Assembly: GCA_025934025.1 (NCBI GenBank)
Contig: JAICYU010000001.1
Location: forward strand, 587 to 64,586
Source of the DNA: Terriglobales bacterium
Lineage (GTDB): Bacteria; Acidobacteriota; Terriglobia; Terriglobales; Acidobacteriaceae
DNA length: 64,000 bases
Direction: 5' to 3'
Shown piece by piece: positions 35,652 through 44,421 of the stretch. The notes beneath the pieces were generated by a model. The model made no database searches. It saw only the letters and a list, made by a program, of their open reading frames with translations, and was not told where the DNA came from. Made by a program: the position numbers and the translations under genes. Position 1 is the first letter of the stretch, and each line of letters starts with the position of its first letter.

Positions 35652-36857
35652 ATGACGATTTCAGAGTCGAGCAGCAAGTTGGGGCTTTTTCCGGAGTTGC
35701 AGGATCGGGCGCAGGAGCCGGTTCGCAGCGAAGGGATGCTGCCGTCGCAGGAGATCCGCGAGATGATTGCGTCTGGACAGCTACGCGGCTTTCCCGACAT
35801 TACGGAACAGCAGATTCAGCCGGCCAGCCTTGACCTGCGGCTCGGCGATGTTGGCTATCGAGTGCAGGCCAGTTTTGTGCCGCAGCACTCAACCGTGGAG
35901 CGCGGCATTGCCGAGGCCGGCTTAAAGATGAGTGCGGTGGATCTTACCCGCACGACGGTATTCGAGAAGGGCTGCGTCTATATTGTTCCCTTATTGGAAG
36001 AACTGGACCTGCCGCCTGAGATCTCCGCCCGCGCCAATCCCAAGAGCAGCACCGGACGCCTCGACATTTTCACCCGACTGATTACGGATTATGGAGTCGA
36101 GTTTGAGAAAGTCCGTGCGGGATACAAAGGAAGGCTTTACGCGGAAATCGCCTCCCGTACCTTCAGCATTATCGTGAGGGCAGGCATGACGCTGAATCAA
36201 CTGCGCTTCCTTCGCGGCAATCCCAAACCTTCTGATCGCGCCACCACCGCCCTGGAGCGGGCGGCACTGGAAAACGAAGAAGCGCTGGTTTATGGGGAGG
36301 CGGGCAGCCCAGCCAGAGCGCGCATCGGCAAGGACAGCATCATGCTTTCAGTAAACCTTCAGGGCGTTGGCGCCGGCGAAGTGGTTGCTTATCGCGCGCG
36401 GAAGAACGCTCCGGTGATTGATCTCGCCAACATCAATCACTACGACCCCGAGGATTTCTGGGACCTGCGGCATGATCCCGGCAAACGCGGACTGATTTTG
36501 GATACCGGAGACTTCTACATTCTCGCTTCCAAGGAAAAAGTGAGCGTTCCGCCGGATTGGGCAGCGGAGATGGTTTCCATGGACCAGGATATTGGCGAGT
36601 TTCGCATTCACTACGCTGGATTTTTCGATCCTGGATTCGGCCACGGCTCCGGCGATGTTCGCGGCACGCGTGCGGTGCTGGAAGTGCGGGCGCACGAAGT
36701 CCCGTTTCGGATTGAACACGGACAGATTATGGGCCGGCTCATGTATATCCCGCTGCGGTCGCGTCCGGACAAGATTTATGGCTCCAACATTGGCTCTAAT
36801 TATCAGCAACAGGGGCTGGCGTTGAGCAAGCATTTCAAAAGATCTCCCGGAAAATAG
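35652..36857 (+). CDS. 2'-deoxycytidine 5'-triphosphate deaminase, long (DCD, about 400 aa) form
   Basis: The ATG at 35652 follows GGAGG. IQPASLDLRLGDVGYRV, NPKSSTGRLDIFTR and GFFDPGFG are present, which fits tandem dUTPase/dCTP deaminase-like folds. The family assignment is from memory. Confidence 0.6.
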   Translation: MTISESSSKLGLFPELQDRAQEPVRSEGMLPSQEIREMIASGQLRGFPDITEQQIQPASLDLRLGDVGYRVQASFVPQHSTVERGIAEAGLKMSAVDLTRTTVFEKGCVYIVPLLEELDLPPEISARANPKSSTGRLDIFTRLITDYGVEFEKVRAGYKGRLYAEIASRTFSIIVRAGMTLNQLRFLRGNPKPSDRATTALERAALENEEALVYGEAGSPARARIGKDSIMLSVNLQGVGAGEVVAYRARKNAPVIDLANINHYDPEDFWDLRHDPGKRGLILDTGDFYILASKEKVSVPPDWAAEMVSMDQDIGEFRIHYAGFFDPGFGHGSGDVRGTRAVLEVRAHEVPFRIEHGQIMGRLMYIPLRSRPDKIYGSNIGSNYQQQGLALSKHFKRSPGK

Positions 36858-37072
36858 CCGGCCCATGCAGACGGTAAGTCATTTAGATTCATAACAATCT
36901 GCGGAGAACCGCGCCCGAGTTACTTACCATCGTTATCTTTTTCTCAAAGCTACAGCAGTGTTATAACTGCGCCAATTGCAAGTTGCGCTCAGGGGAGCGA
37001 CGGAACCCGAGGTCTGGCTCATCAAGACGGTCGCTCGGGCAAGGCAAGGGCCCCGGAAGGAGTGCGCAAGGT

Positions 37073-39445
37073 ATGCTGGAGAGAAAGCTCTTGAAAGCCC
37101 AGGGGCTGCGATATGCTCGCACGCTCCAAACCGTTGTAAAGACGGTCAACATGTTCTCTGCCGAGCACAAGAGCGTTGACGGCCTGCTGCAACGTAGTTA
37201 CGAGCAATTAAATCCTCTGCTCAAACAGGTGCGGCTTCTCACGCTCGGATTTGTTGACCAGCGATTCCTTCTGAACAACATTCTTACCTCTGAAGACAGC
37301 CTCAAGCCCCTGGAAAACGATTTGCTCAAGCGGGGAATCGGCGCGGTGAGTTTTGAGGCGGGGCTCACCTTTGCAGCCTACAAGAAAGCCATTGGCGCTT
37401 TAGCTGCCAATCCCAAGACAATCGAAGACTGTGGCGGGCTGATGCCCTTTCTGGATCAGCGCGAACTCGAATACGTGCGCATCTTCCCTGCGGTGAAAAA
37501 CGAAGCGCGGAATGAAGATGGCGACACCGTGCTTGAGATGGGCTCAGAGGAGTATCTGATCTCAAAAGCGCTGAGCAACCTCAACTCGGGATTCGCGAAT
37601 GGCATTGAGTCCATGCTGACGCACATGGCGGCCGGCAATAGCGAATCAGCTTTTGGCGGGGTGAACTACGGCGCGTCGGGCGCTGGAACTGCCGCAGGCA
37701 ACACAGGTGCTTCCGCGGGCGGGCCGCCGGCAGTTGGTGCTTCCGGCGGGACTCCCGTTACGGGCCTTATCTCCGAGCCGAAAGCTGGCGCGGGGTTCCA
37801 GGGAAGTTTCATGGAGATTCAGCGCGCCGTCGAACGGAAATTTGAAGCTTCCATGTCCAATCCTGAGGAAGAGCCTGAGAAGGCTTATGTAGAACTGGGC
37901 AAGATGCTGGGCAATGTGCGCTCTGATCTCGTTCTCTCCCAGTTCATGGGCAGTCAGGCTGGAGGGAAGAACGCGTCGAAAGAAGAAGTCACTGCCGAGC
38001 TGTTTGAGGATACTGCCATTCGCTGGGCTTTGCGCCGGCTCTCTGCGGTCCCGGCAGGCGAAGAAGCAGTTGTGGTTCAGGAGCAGGTGTTTCGCGTGCT
38101 TGCTCGCAGTTTGCAGGCCACTCATACCGCATCGCGGCTGGCGCAAAAACTGGCAGAGTTCGCCAGGGAATACGCGCTGCCCAAACACACGCTGGAACGC
38201 ATTCAGGAAGAAATCCGCTGGCTATCTCTCACCACACAGCAGAAGCTGCGTGAGTTGCTGGCCATCACCCACTTCAGCGCGGCGGAGTTCAGGCGCACTC
38301 TGGATCTGCTGCGCGAGCTGACGCGCCAGGGCAAAAACGAAGATGCCATTGCGCTTGGAATGCAGTACTTCTCTATCTTCGAGGATCACCTCACCATCAG
38401 GATGGAAGAGATTGGAAGAATTCCCGAGCTGCTGCGGGTACTCTCGGGCATTCCCGGCGAGTTCTGGCAGGGTGCCGCCGAATACCTCAGAGAAGCGTTG
38501 ACTTCAGTAAAGCTCAATCAATTGATGCACGTTCAGGTGGTGAATGCCCTGGTTACGCTGGCCCGCATTGCCGGGACCTATGAAGATTTTGAGCTGGTCC
38601 GCAGACTCGGGACTGCCCTGGAAGAGAGCGCCGCGCGCGATGCAACTCGTCATGGTCCCTGCTGCACCGCCGCTACCATCAATCTTGTGCAGCCTGCGTC
38701 CGTGGACCGTATTGCCGAAATTTATCTTCAGAAGAAGAATGACGCGCATTGGATTCGCATGGCTTCCCGCCTTCTTCTCTGGGCCACACCGGAGGCACTC
38801 GAACGTCTCTTCATTCGACTTGATTCTGAGACCATCGCGGCCAACCGCTTGGCTCTGCTCCGTCTGATCTCACGCCTTGGCGCAACTGCGATGAAGGCGG
38901 CGCGGCAACGGCTGAGTCACCCCGAATGGTACGTCGTGCGCAATGCCTGCAAACTCTTGGGCGAGTTGAAGGACCCCGGGCTCTTGCAGCACATTGTTCC
39001 TGCACTCACTCATAAGGATGAGCGTGTCCAGAAAGCGGCTCTGCACGCTATTACAGATACCCGCTTGTCAGGCTCTGCGACGGTGCTGGTGGAGAATCTG
39101 GAACGCATTGCCCCGGTACTCTTTGACGAAGTTCTGGGAGAACTCATCTTCCAGGCGGATGGCCACTGTCTTCCTCAATTGGAGAAGTGCTTCGCCTCGC
39201 CAGTGCTGCGGCAGCGAAATGTTTTGTTACGCCTGATTCCGCTGATCGTCGCCATTCGCGACGTTCCCGCGGCGGATCTGCTGGCCCGCATCTCGCGCGA
39301 TCAGACACTCAATCCCGCGCTGCGCCAGGCCGCTCTCGATGGGCTTTCCGTCCGCCAGAAGAAGAACCTGCAGCGCTGGCTGGCCGAAACCGACGGTGAA
39401 GACACCACCACGCTCATGCTGCGGCCGGGATACGCGGGCACCTAG
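37073..39445 (+). CDS. large hypothetical protein with C-terminal HEAT/armadillo-like repeats
   Basis: The protein is about 790 aa and has a Gly/Ala-rich linker. The C-terminal region has HEAT-like units (HPEWYVVRNACKLLGELKDPGLLQHIVPALTHKDERVQKAALHAI). The start is uncertain; the track ORF begins at 36983. Confidence 0.6.
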   Translation: MLERKLLKAQGLRYARTLQTVVKTVNMFSAEHKSVDGLLQRSYEQLNPLLKQVRLLTLGFVDQRFLLNNILTSEDSLKPLENDLLKRGIGAVSFEAGLTFAAYKKAIGALAANPKTIEDCGGLMPFLDQRELEYVRIFPAVKNEARNEDGDTVLEMGSEEYLISKALSNLNSGFANGIESMLTHMAAGNSESAFGGVNYGASGAGTAAGNTGASAGGPPAVGASGGTPVTGLISEPKAGAGFQGSFMEIQRAVERKFEASMSNPEEEPEKAYVELGKMLGNVRSDLVLSQFMGSQAGGKNASKEEVTAELFEDTAIRWALRRLSAVPAGEEAVVVQEQVFRVLARSLQATHTASRLAQKLAEFAREYALPKHTLERIQEEIRWLSLTTQQKLRELLAITHFSAAEFRRTLDLLRELTRQGKNEDAIALGMQYFSIFEDHLTIRMEEIGRIPELLRVLSGIPGEFWQGAAEYLREALTSVKLNQLMHVQVVNALVTLARIAGTYEDFELVRRLGTALEESAARDATRHGPCCTAATINLVQPASVDRIAEIYLQKKNDAHWIRMASRLLLWATPEALERLFIRLDSETIAANRLALLRLISRLGATAMKAARQRLSHPEWYVVRNACKLLGELKDPGLLQHIVPALTHKDERVQKAALHAITDTRLSGSATVLVENLERIAPVLFDEVLGELIFQADGHCLPQLEKCFASPVLRQRNVLLRLIPLIVAIRDVPAADLLARISRDQTLNPALRQAALDGLSVRQKKNLQRWLAETDGEDTTTLMLRPGYAGT

Positions 39446-39556
39446 CTAGGCTGCCCTTCTCTTTTCATTCTGCTAGCTCACTCGGCGTCTTTACCTGCGC
39501 AACAAATGACGCTCAAATGAAATTTTCTGCGCAAGCAAAGCCGCGCGTTGTTCCGT

Positions 39557-39850
39557 TTAGCCCTGCCCGAATTTCCTTTCTTCCTGAGCTTCGCGGGTAA
39601 AGCCGAGCAGATTGCTGCCGCGCTCGCGTAAGTCACGGGTACGCGCGCTTACGTTGTCCACGGTGCGCCTGAACCTGCGGGAGATGCCGTCGCGCAGGTC
39701 AACTCCGCTGTTGGGCGCGAGCAAGAGCGCCACCACGGCGCCGATGCCTGCCCCAATCAGCAGAAACGTAATAATGCTTCCTACGCCTGCTCCCTCTGAC
39801 TCTTCCTGCCCCTGCTGCGAATAATCGCCATATCTCTGGTACTCATTCAT
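39557..39850 (-). CDS. YtxH domain-containing (general stress-like) protein
   Basis: GSIITFLLIGAGIGAVVALLLAPNSG is followed by a helical charged region. The ATG at 39850 is preceded by GAGAGGAG. Confidence 0.6.
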   Translation of the reverse strand: MNEYQRYGDYSQQGQEESEGAGVGSIITFLLIGAGIGAVVALLLAPNSGVDLRDGISRRFRRTVDNVSARTRDLRERGSNLLGFTREAQEERKFGQG

Positions 39851-39872
39851 TTCTGCACTCCTCTCCGCTGTC

Positions 39873-40763
39873 TCAGCTGGCTTTGCGCTTGCCACGGTTC
39901 CGCGCAGGATTGCCGGCCTCAGCGCGCATCGGCGTGACCTTTTGCTGCCGCTGGTTTTCCTGGCGCGGGGAGCGATTGCTCACGCCCTGAGTTTCTCCTT
40001 TGCGTGTCGAGGTCCCGCGCTCCTGGCCGGAGGCTCTGCCGCGGACCGATTCGCTCTGGCGGCCCCTGATGCTCGGCTGCTGCTGGTTCGCTCGTTGCCG
40101 TGCATTTCCGCTGCCCGCGTTCTGGAAGTCCGGCTCCTCTTCGCCTTCAGCATTCACGATTTCATTGGCAATGGTCTGCTGGCTTCGCGACTGGTTGCGG
40201 GTCCGGCCCGCAAGAGTGCTCTCCGCGCGCGCGCCGCCGCTTTGACGCTGGTATTCGGCTTCTTCCTCGGCCACGCGCTCACCCGACGACTGTCGCCGGC
40301 CCGACTGCGGCCGCTGATTACGCGAACGCGAGCTGCTTTCTTGCCGTACACCTTCCGAGATGCCTTCCAGAGCATCCGATGCTTCGTCTTCCTCAGATTT
40401 CACCGCCAGATCGCCGAGTGAGATCATCCCGATAATCACCTCGTCCTCGATTACGGGCAGTCGGCGTATTTGCCGGCTGGCCATCAGGTCCGCAGCTTCT
40501 TCCAGTTCCGCATCGGGATGGATGGTGTGCAACTCCTGGCTCAGGATTTCTTCCGCTGTACACTCCTCGGGGTTGTCGCCCTCGGCAATAGCGCGGACAA
40601 CGATGTCACGGTCGGTAATGATTCCAGCCAGCTTGTCATCATCGTCAACAATCGGGATTGCCCCCACGTTCTCGTCTCTCATGCGCTGGGCAATCTCGGT
40701 GAGGGTGGTATCAAGAGTGGCGCTGGCCAGCCCCTCGGATGTCATAATGTCGCGGACCTTCAT
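39873..40763 (-). CDS. CBS domain pair protein with long disordered R/Q/S/E-rich C-terminal region
   Basis: The N-terminus has two CBS motifs (MKVRDIMT..GAIPIVDDDDKLAGIITDRDI.., ..RRLPVIEDEVIIGMISLGDL). Confidence 0.75.
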   Translation of the reverse strand: MKVRDIMTSEGLASATLDTTLTEIAQRMRDENVGAIPIVDDDDKLAGIITDRDIVVRAIAEGDNPEECTAEEILSQELHTIHPDAELEEAADLMASRQIRRLPVIEDEVIIGMISLGDLAVKSEEDEASDALEGISEGVRQESSSRSRNQRPQSGRRQSSGERVAEEEAEYQRQSGGARAESTLAGRTRNQSRSQQTIANEIVNAEGEEEPDFQNAGSGNARQRANQQQPSIRGRQSESVRGRASGQERGTSTRKGETQGVSNRSPRQENQRQQKVTPMRAEAGNPARNRGKRKAS

Positions 40764-41005
40764 GGCGTCTCCTTCAGGTGCATCTCTCGCAGCGGCGCTG
40801 CCGCATACTTAGAAAAGCCTGGCACAGGATGCGTTGTCCTGTTTCAGTCAGGAAGACGCGAAGTGTTTTTACGCGATGCGCGAGGCCCTGAGTCGAGTTA
40901 TGCGATAGAATTTAAGGTTTGCGTGCGGTCCCGGTTCACAGCCGGGGCCCCTTCGATCGCTTCTTTGCTCACCAGCAAGCGTTCAAAAAGGAGAACTGTT
41001 CGTTC

Positions 41006-41566
41006 ATGGCAATTCCAGCAACACAGATGCGTCCCGGGATGATTATCAAGCACAACAACGATCTTCATCTCGTCTTCACCGTTGAGCATCGCACGCCGGG
41101 GAACCTGCGCGCCTTCATTCAGGCCAAGCTGCGCAACATCCGCACCGGCGCCATGTTCGAACACCGCTTCCGCTCGGCTGACCCGATTGACAAGATCACC
41201 GTGGACGAGATCCCCATGGAGTACCTCTACCAGGACGGCGACGATTACTACTTCATGAACACGGAGAACTACGAACAGATTCATTTGCGCAAAGACACGC
41301 TGGGCGACGCCGTGGATTACCTGACTTCGAACCTGCAGATCAAAGTCGAGTTTTATGATGGCAAGGCGGTGGGCGTGGAGCTGCCGCAGATCGTTGAGCT
41401 GACGGTGGTCGAAACCGAACCGGGGTTGAAATCCGCTACGGCTTCCAGTGTCACCAAGCCGGCAAAGACCGAAACCGGCCTTGTGGTGCAGGTACCACCG
41501 TTCATCAATGAAGGCGAAAAAATCCGCGTGGACACCGCGGAAGGCGCGTACCTTTCCCGCGCATAG
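41006..41566 (+). CDS. efp: elongation factor P
   Basis: The ATG at 41006 follows AAAGGAGA. The product aligns without gaps to E. coli EF-P over the N-terminal domain (..VEHRTPGNLRAFIQAKLRNIRTG..). The C-terminal region contains KPAKTETGLVVQVPPFINEGEKIRVDT. Confidence 0.9.
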   Translation: MAIPATQMRPGMIIKHNNDLHLVFTVEHRTPGNLRAFIQAKLRNIRTGAMFEHRFRSADPIDKITVDEIPMEYLYQDGDDYYFMNTENYEQIHLRKDTLGDAVDYLTSNLQIKVEFYDGKAVGVELPQIVELTVVETEPGLKSATASSVTKPAKTETGLVVQVPPFINEGEKIRVDTAEGAYLSRA

Positions 41567-41574
41567 CTTGAACG

Positions 41575-41853
41575 ATGCAGGCCAGGCGCTATATCGTTCG
41601 CGGGCGCGTGCAGGGCGTGGGCTTCCGCTGGTTTGTGGACAGCGAAGCCCGGCAGCTCGGCCTTGCCGGTTGGGTGCGCAACAACGTGGATGGCTCCGTG
41701 GAGGTGCTGGCCATGGGCAACGAAGTGCAACTCGCCAACTTGCGCGAGAAGTTGCAGCGCGGGCCGCGAGCCGCGCGTGTTGATGAAGTTCAGGTCCTTC
41801 CGGCGGAACCTGTTGCCGGGCTGGAAACGTTTCGTATCGAAGGAGCATGGTAA
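41575..41853 (+). CDS. acyP: acylphosphatase
   Basis: The motifs are GRVQGVGFRWFV and GWVRNNVDGSVEV. Confidence 0.85.
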   Translation: MQARRYIVRGRVQGVGFRWFVDSEARQLGLAGWVRNNVDGSVEVLAMGNEVQLANLREKLQRGPRAARVDEVQVLPAEPVAGLETFRIEGAW

Positions 41854-41859
41854 TCACCC

Positions 41860-42393
41860 ATGGCCGCAAACTGCGATCACCTCAAAAAGCTGATCCGCGA
41901 AGTTCCGGATTTCCCCAAGAAGGGCATCCTCTTTTACGACATCACAACGCTGCTCAAAGACAAGGTCGGCTTTGCCACTTTGATTGATGCCCTCTCCGAA
42001 CACTACTTGAACGCGAAGATTGACACCGTGCTCGCCATTGAAGCCCGCGGCTTCATTTTCGGTCCCGCGCTGGCCTACCGGCTCAATGCCGGTTTTGTCC
42101 CCATTCGCAAGCCGGGCAAGCTACCGGCAGAGAAGGTCAAGTGGACTTACGATCTGGAATACGGCACCGATACGCTCGAAATCCACAAAGACGCGATCCG
42201 TCCGGGCGAGCGGGTCATCATTGTTGACGATCTTCTGGCGACGGGCGGGACAGCCAACGCCTGCGCGCAGCTTGCAAAGTCACTCGGCGCAGAAATCGCC
42301 GGCTTGGGCTTTGTGGTGGAACTCGACTTCCTTAACGGACGCCAGAAATTCGACGGGACAGAAGTGTTTTCGCTGCTGCATTACGACAAATAG
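41860..42393 (+). CDS. apt: adenine phosphoribosyltransferase
   Basis: The motifs are [12 protein letters not shown] and the PRPP motif [14 protein letters not shown]. Confidence 0.9.
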   Translation: MAANCDHLKKLIREVPDFPKKGILFYDITTLLKDKVGFATLIDALSEHYLNAKIDTVLAIEARGFIFGPALAYRLNAGFVPIRKPGKLPAEKVKWTYDLEYGTDTLEIHKDAIRPGERVIIVDDLLATGGTANACAQLAKSLGAEIAGLGFVVELDFLNGRQKFDGTEVFSLLHYDK

Positions 42394-42445
42394 GGCCGCG
42401 GTTTCCCTATTGCAGATACTCTGGTTTTAATCCAGACTTCATCCT

Positions 42446-43429
42446 ATGAAACGCAAGCTTATCGCAGCCTGCTTCAGCCTCGTGCTGCTCGCTGGTCTTT
42501 GTCCACGTGCAACTGCAAAGACTCCACCACCAACTCCGGAAGAACTGATTGAAGCGGCGCATAAGGTCTCTGGATTGGACGCGCTCGCTCCTTACACCTT
42601 CGCCGCGGATGTCGCTCTTGCTGGCGACAGCAGAAGAGGCACCCTTGTTATTTCTCGCGATGGCGATAAGGAACGGGTGGAGTTAAAGATTGGTGACTAT
42701 CTGGAGAAGCAGGTATCGCTCGGTACCACGAGTTATGTCGAGCCGAAGCACGCGTTCCTGGCGGCGGTCGGTTTTGCAGGTTTCGATCGCAGTTGGGATC
42801 CCAAGCCTCCCACTTTTGTCGCCGCGAACGCTGAACGTTCGTTTGGCAAGGTATCGTCAAAAAAGATCCACGGACAATCTGCTTGGTGCTTTGATGAGCA
42901 TTCGAAATATCTGAAGACCACTTTGTGTTTCGACTCAGAACGTTCCATCATGCTGGAGAAAGGACGGAAGAAGAACCTTTACGAGTTCCTCGATTTCTTT
43001 CAAGTCGGCAACCAACTCGTTCCTCAAACTGTGAAAATCACGCACGAGTGGCTGCCAGATATAACACTGAACAATATCCGCTTATCACGAGGACCGCTTG
43101 CGCCGGAGCTTTGGGTCCCCGCGCAAGATTCGCTTGAGATCCAACATTGTGACCAAGACTCGAAGCCTCCAAAGGCGGAATTTACTCCTGAGCCTAGCTT
43201 CTCTCCGAAAGCAAGAGCTGCCCACAAGACTGGGATGGTTACGCTTTACGCGATCATAACCAGCAAAGGACAGCTAGTCATGGCTCAATCTCTGAATCAC
43301 GATCCCTTCGGTTTCGCTGACCAAGCCGAGCAAATCGTTAAGATATGGAGGTTTAAGCCAGGGACATGCGGCGGTGTACCCATCAACGTGCAAATGACAT
43401 TGCAGATAGATTTTAATTATGCACCGTGA
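42446..43429 (+). CDS. secreted hypothetical protein with TonB C-terminal-like domain
   Basis: The protein has a signal peptide. The C-terminal region (PEPSFSPKARAAHKTGMVTLYAIITSKGQLV..WRFKPGTCGGVPINVQMTLQIDF) resembles TonB_C. Confidence 0.55.
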   Translation: MKRKLIAACFSLVLLAGLCPRATAKTPPPTPEELIEAAHKVSGLDALAPYTFAADVALAGDSRRGTLVISRDGDKERVELKIGDYLEKQVSLGTTSYVEPKHAFLAAVGFAGFDRSWDPKPPTFVAANAERSFGKVSSKKIHGQSAWCFDEHSKYLKTTLCFDSERSIMLEKGRKKNLYEFLDFFQVGNQLVPQTVKITHEWLPDITLNNIRLSRGPLAPELWVPAQDSLEIQHCDQDSKPPKAEFTPEPSFSPKARAAHKTGMVTLYAIITSKGQLVMAQSLNHDPFGFADQAEQIVKIWRFKPGTCGGVPINVQMTLQIDFNYAP

Positions 43430-43444
43430 TGAGCGGTGAATTTT

Positions 43445-44371
43445 TTACTCCACCTTGACTCCCGTCTTCTCCCCTTCCGTACTTCTATACGCCCAAGCCA
43501 TCCGTGGAGTGTTATGAGCGATACCGAAGCGGCCTCGCTGGTCGAGCAGGATCATTCCTCCGTGGCCATTTAAGCGCCGCTCAAGATAGTAGATGGCTTC
43601 CTGTGCCACAGCGTCAGGCGCTCCTCCGCCCTGGACGCAGTCGGCGGCCCACTTGGCCAACACCAGCTTCATGATCGGCTCGCCCCATCCGGTACAGGAG
43701 ACGGACGCGCTTTGGTTATCGGCATAGCAGCCGCAGCCAATCAATGAAGAATCGCCCACGCGGCCTGGAGCTTTGTTTAGGGTGCCGCCGGTGGAAGTCG
43801 CGGCAGCGATGTTGCCATCGGCATCAAGCGCTACTGCGCCCACGGTGTCGTGGCCTTTGTCGAAGGCAGCGCCCGCGAACGTAGTGTCGGGATGTCCGGC
43901 CGCCGCTTTCGCTTGTGCTTCCTTGAGTCGCTCTACTTCACGTGCGATCACCAGGTCTTGATTGCGGCAGAGCTTGATGCCGTGCTGCGCGGCAAACTGC
44001 TCCGCTCCTTCGGCGACCATGTAGACATGCGGGCTGTCCTCCAGCACCAGCCGCGCCGCCTGAATTGGATTCCTGATGCGCTCGACGCATCCCACACCGC
44101 CGGCGCGCAGCGTGGCCCCGTCCATCATCAACGCATCAAGTTGCACGCGGCCATCGCAGGTGAGAAAACTGCCACGGCCTGCGTCGAAGGTTTCGTCGTC
44201 TTCCATCGTTTCGATCGCAGCCTGCACCGCGTCCAGCGCCTTGCCGCCCTGCTCCAGCACATGCCAGCCCCGGCTCAAAGCCTGGCGAACGCCGTTCAGG
44301 TGCGCCTCAATCGTTTCATCGGGAATCGCCCATGCTCCGCCGTGGACCACCAGAACCGGAAGTTGTCTCAA
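43445..44371 (-). CDS. iaaA: isoaspartyl peptidase/L-asparaginase (Ntn hydrolase)
   Basis: The autocleavage/nucleophile site is HDTVGAVALDADGNIAAATSTGG. GRVGDSSLIGCG is also present. Confidence 0.85.
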   Translation of the reverse strand: MRQLPVLVVHGGAWAIPDETIEAHLNGVRQALSRGWHVLEQGGKALDAVQAAIETMEDDETFDAGRGSFLTCDGRVQLDALMMDGATLRAGGVGCVERIRNPIQAARLVLEDSPHVYMVAEGAEQFAAQHGIKLCRNQDLVIAREVERLKEAQAKAAAGHPDTTFAGAAFDKGHDTVGAVALDADGNIAAATSTGGTLNKAPGRVGDSSLIGCGCYADNQSASVSCTGWGEPIMKLVLAKWAADCVQGGGAPDAVAQEAIYYLERRLNGHGGMILLDQRGRFGIAHNTPRMAWAYRSTEGEKTGVKVE

Positions 44372-44421
44372 GAATTCAACCCTCTTTGCAGGAAGAAACA
44401 GGTGAGTGTAACAGAGAAGAA

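Noticed and set aside
40898-41869. A long ORF (323 aa) lies antisense to efp and acyP. Similar long mirror ORFs include 56884..57936, 17007..17825, 50526..51413, 62669..63664, 62974..63768, 29670..30524, 25990..26697, 7421..8203, 14542..15171 and 53315..53968.
   Set aside because: Each lies opposite a gene with clear family motifs and has an Arg/Ala/Gly-rich composition with no recognisable motifs. This is the usual stop-codon-poor antisense frame of high-GC DNA.
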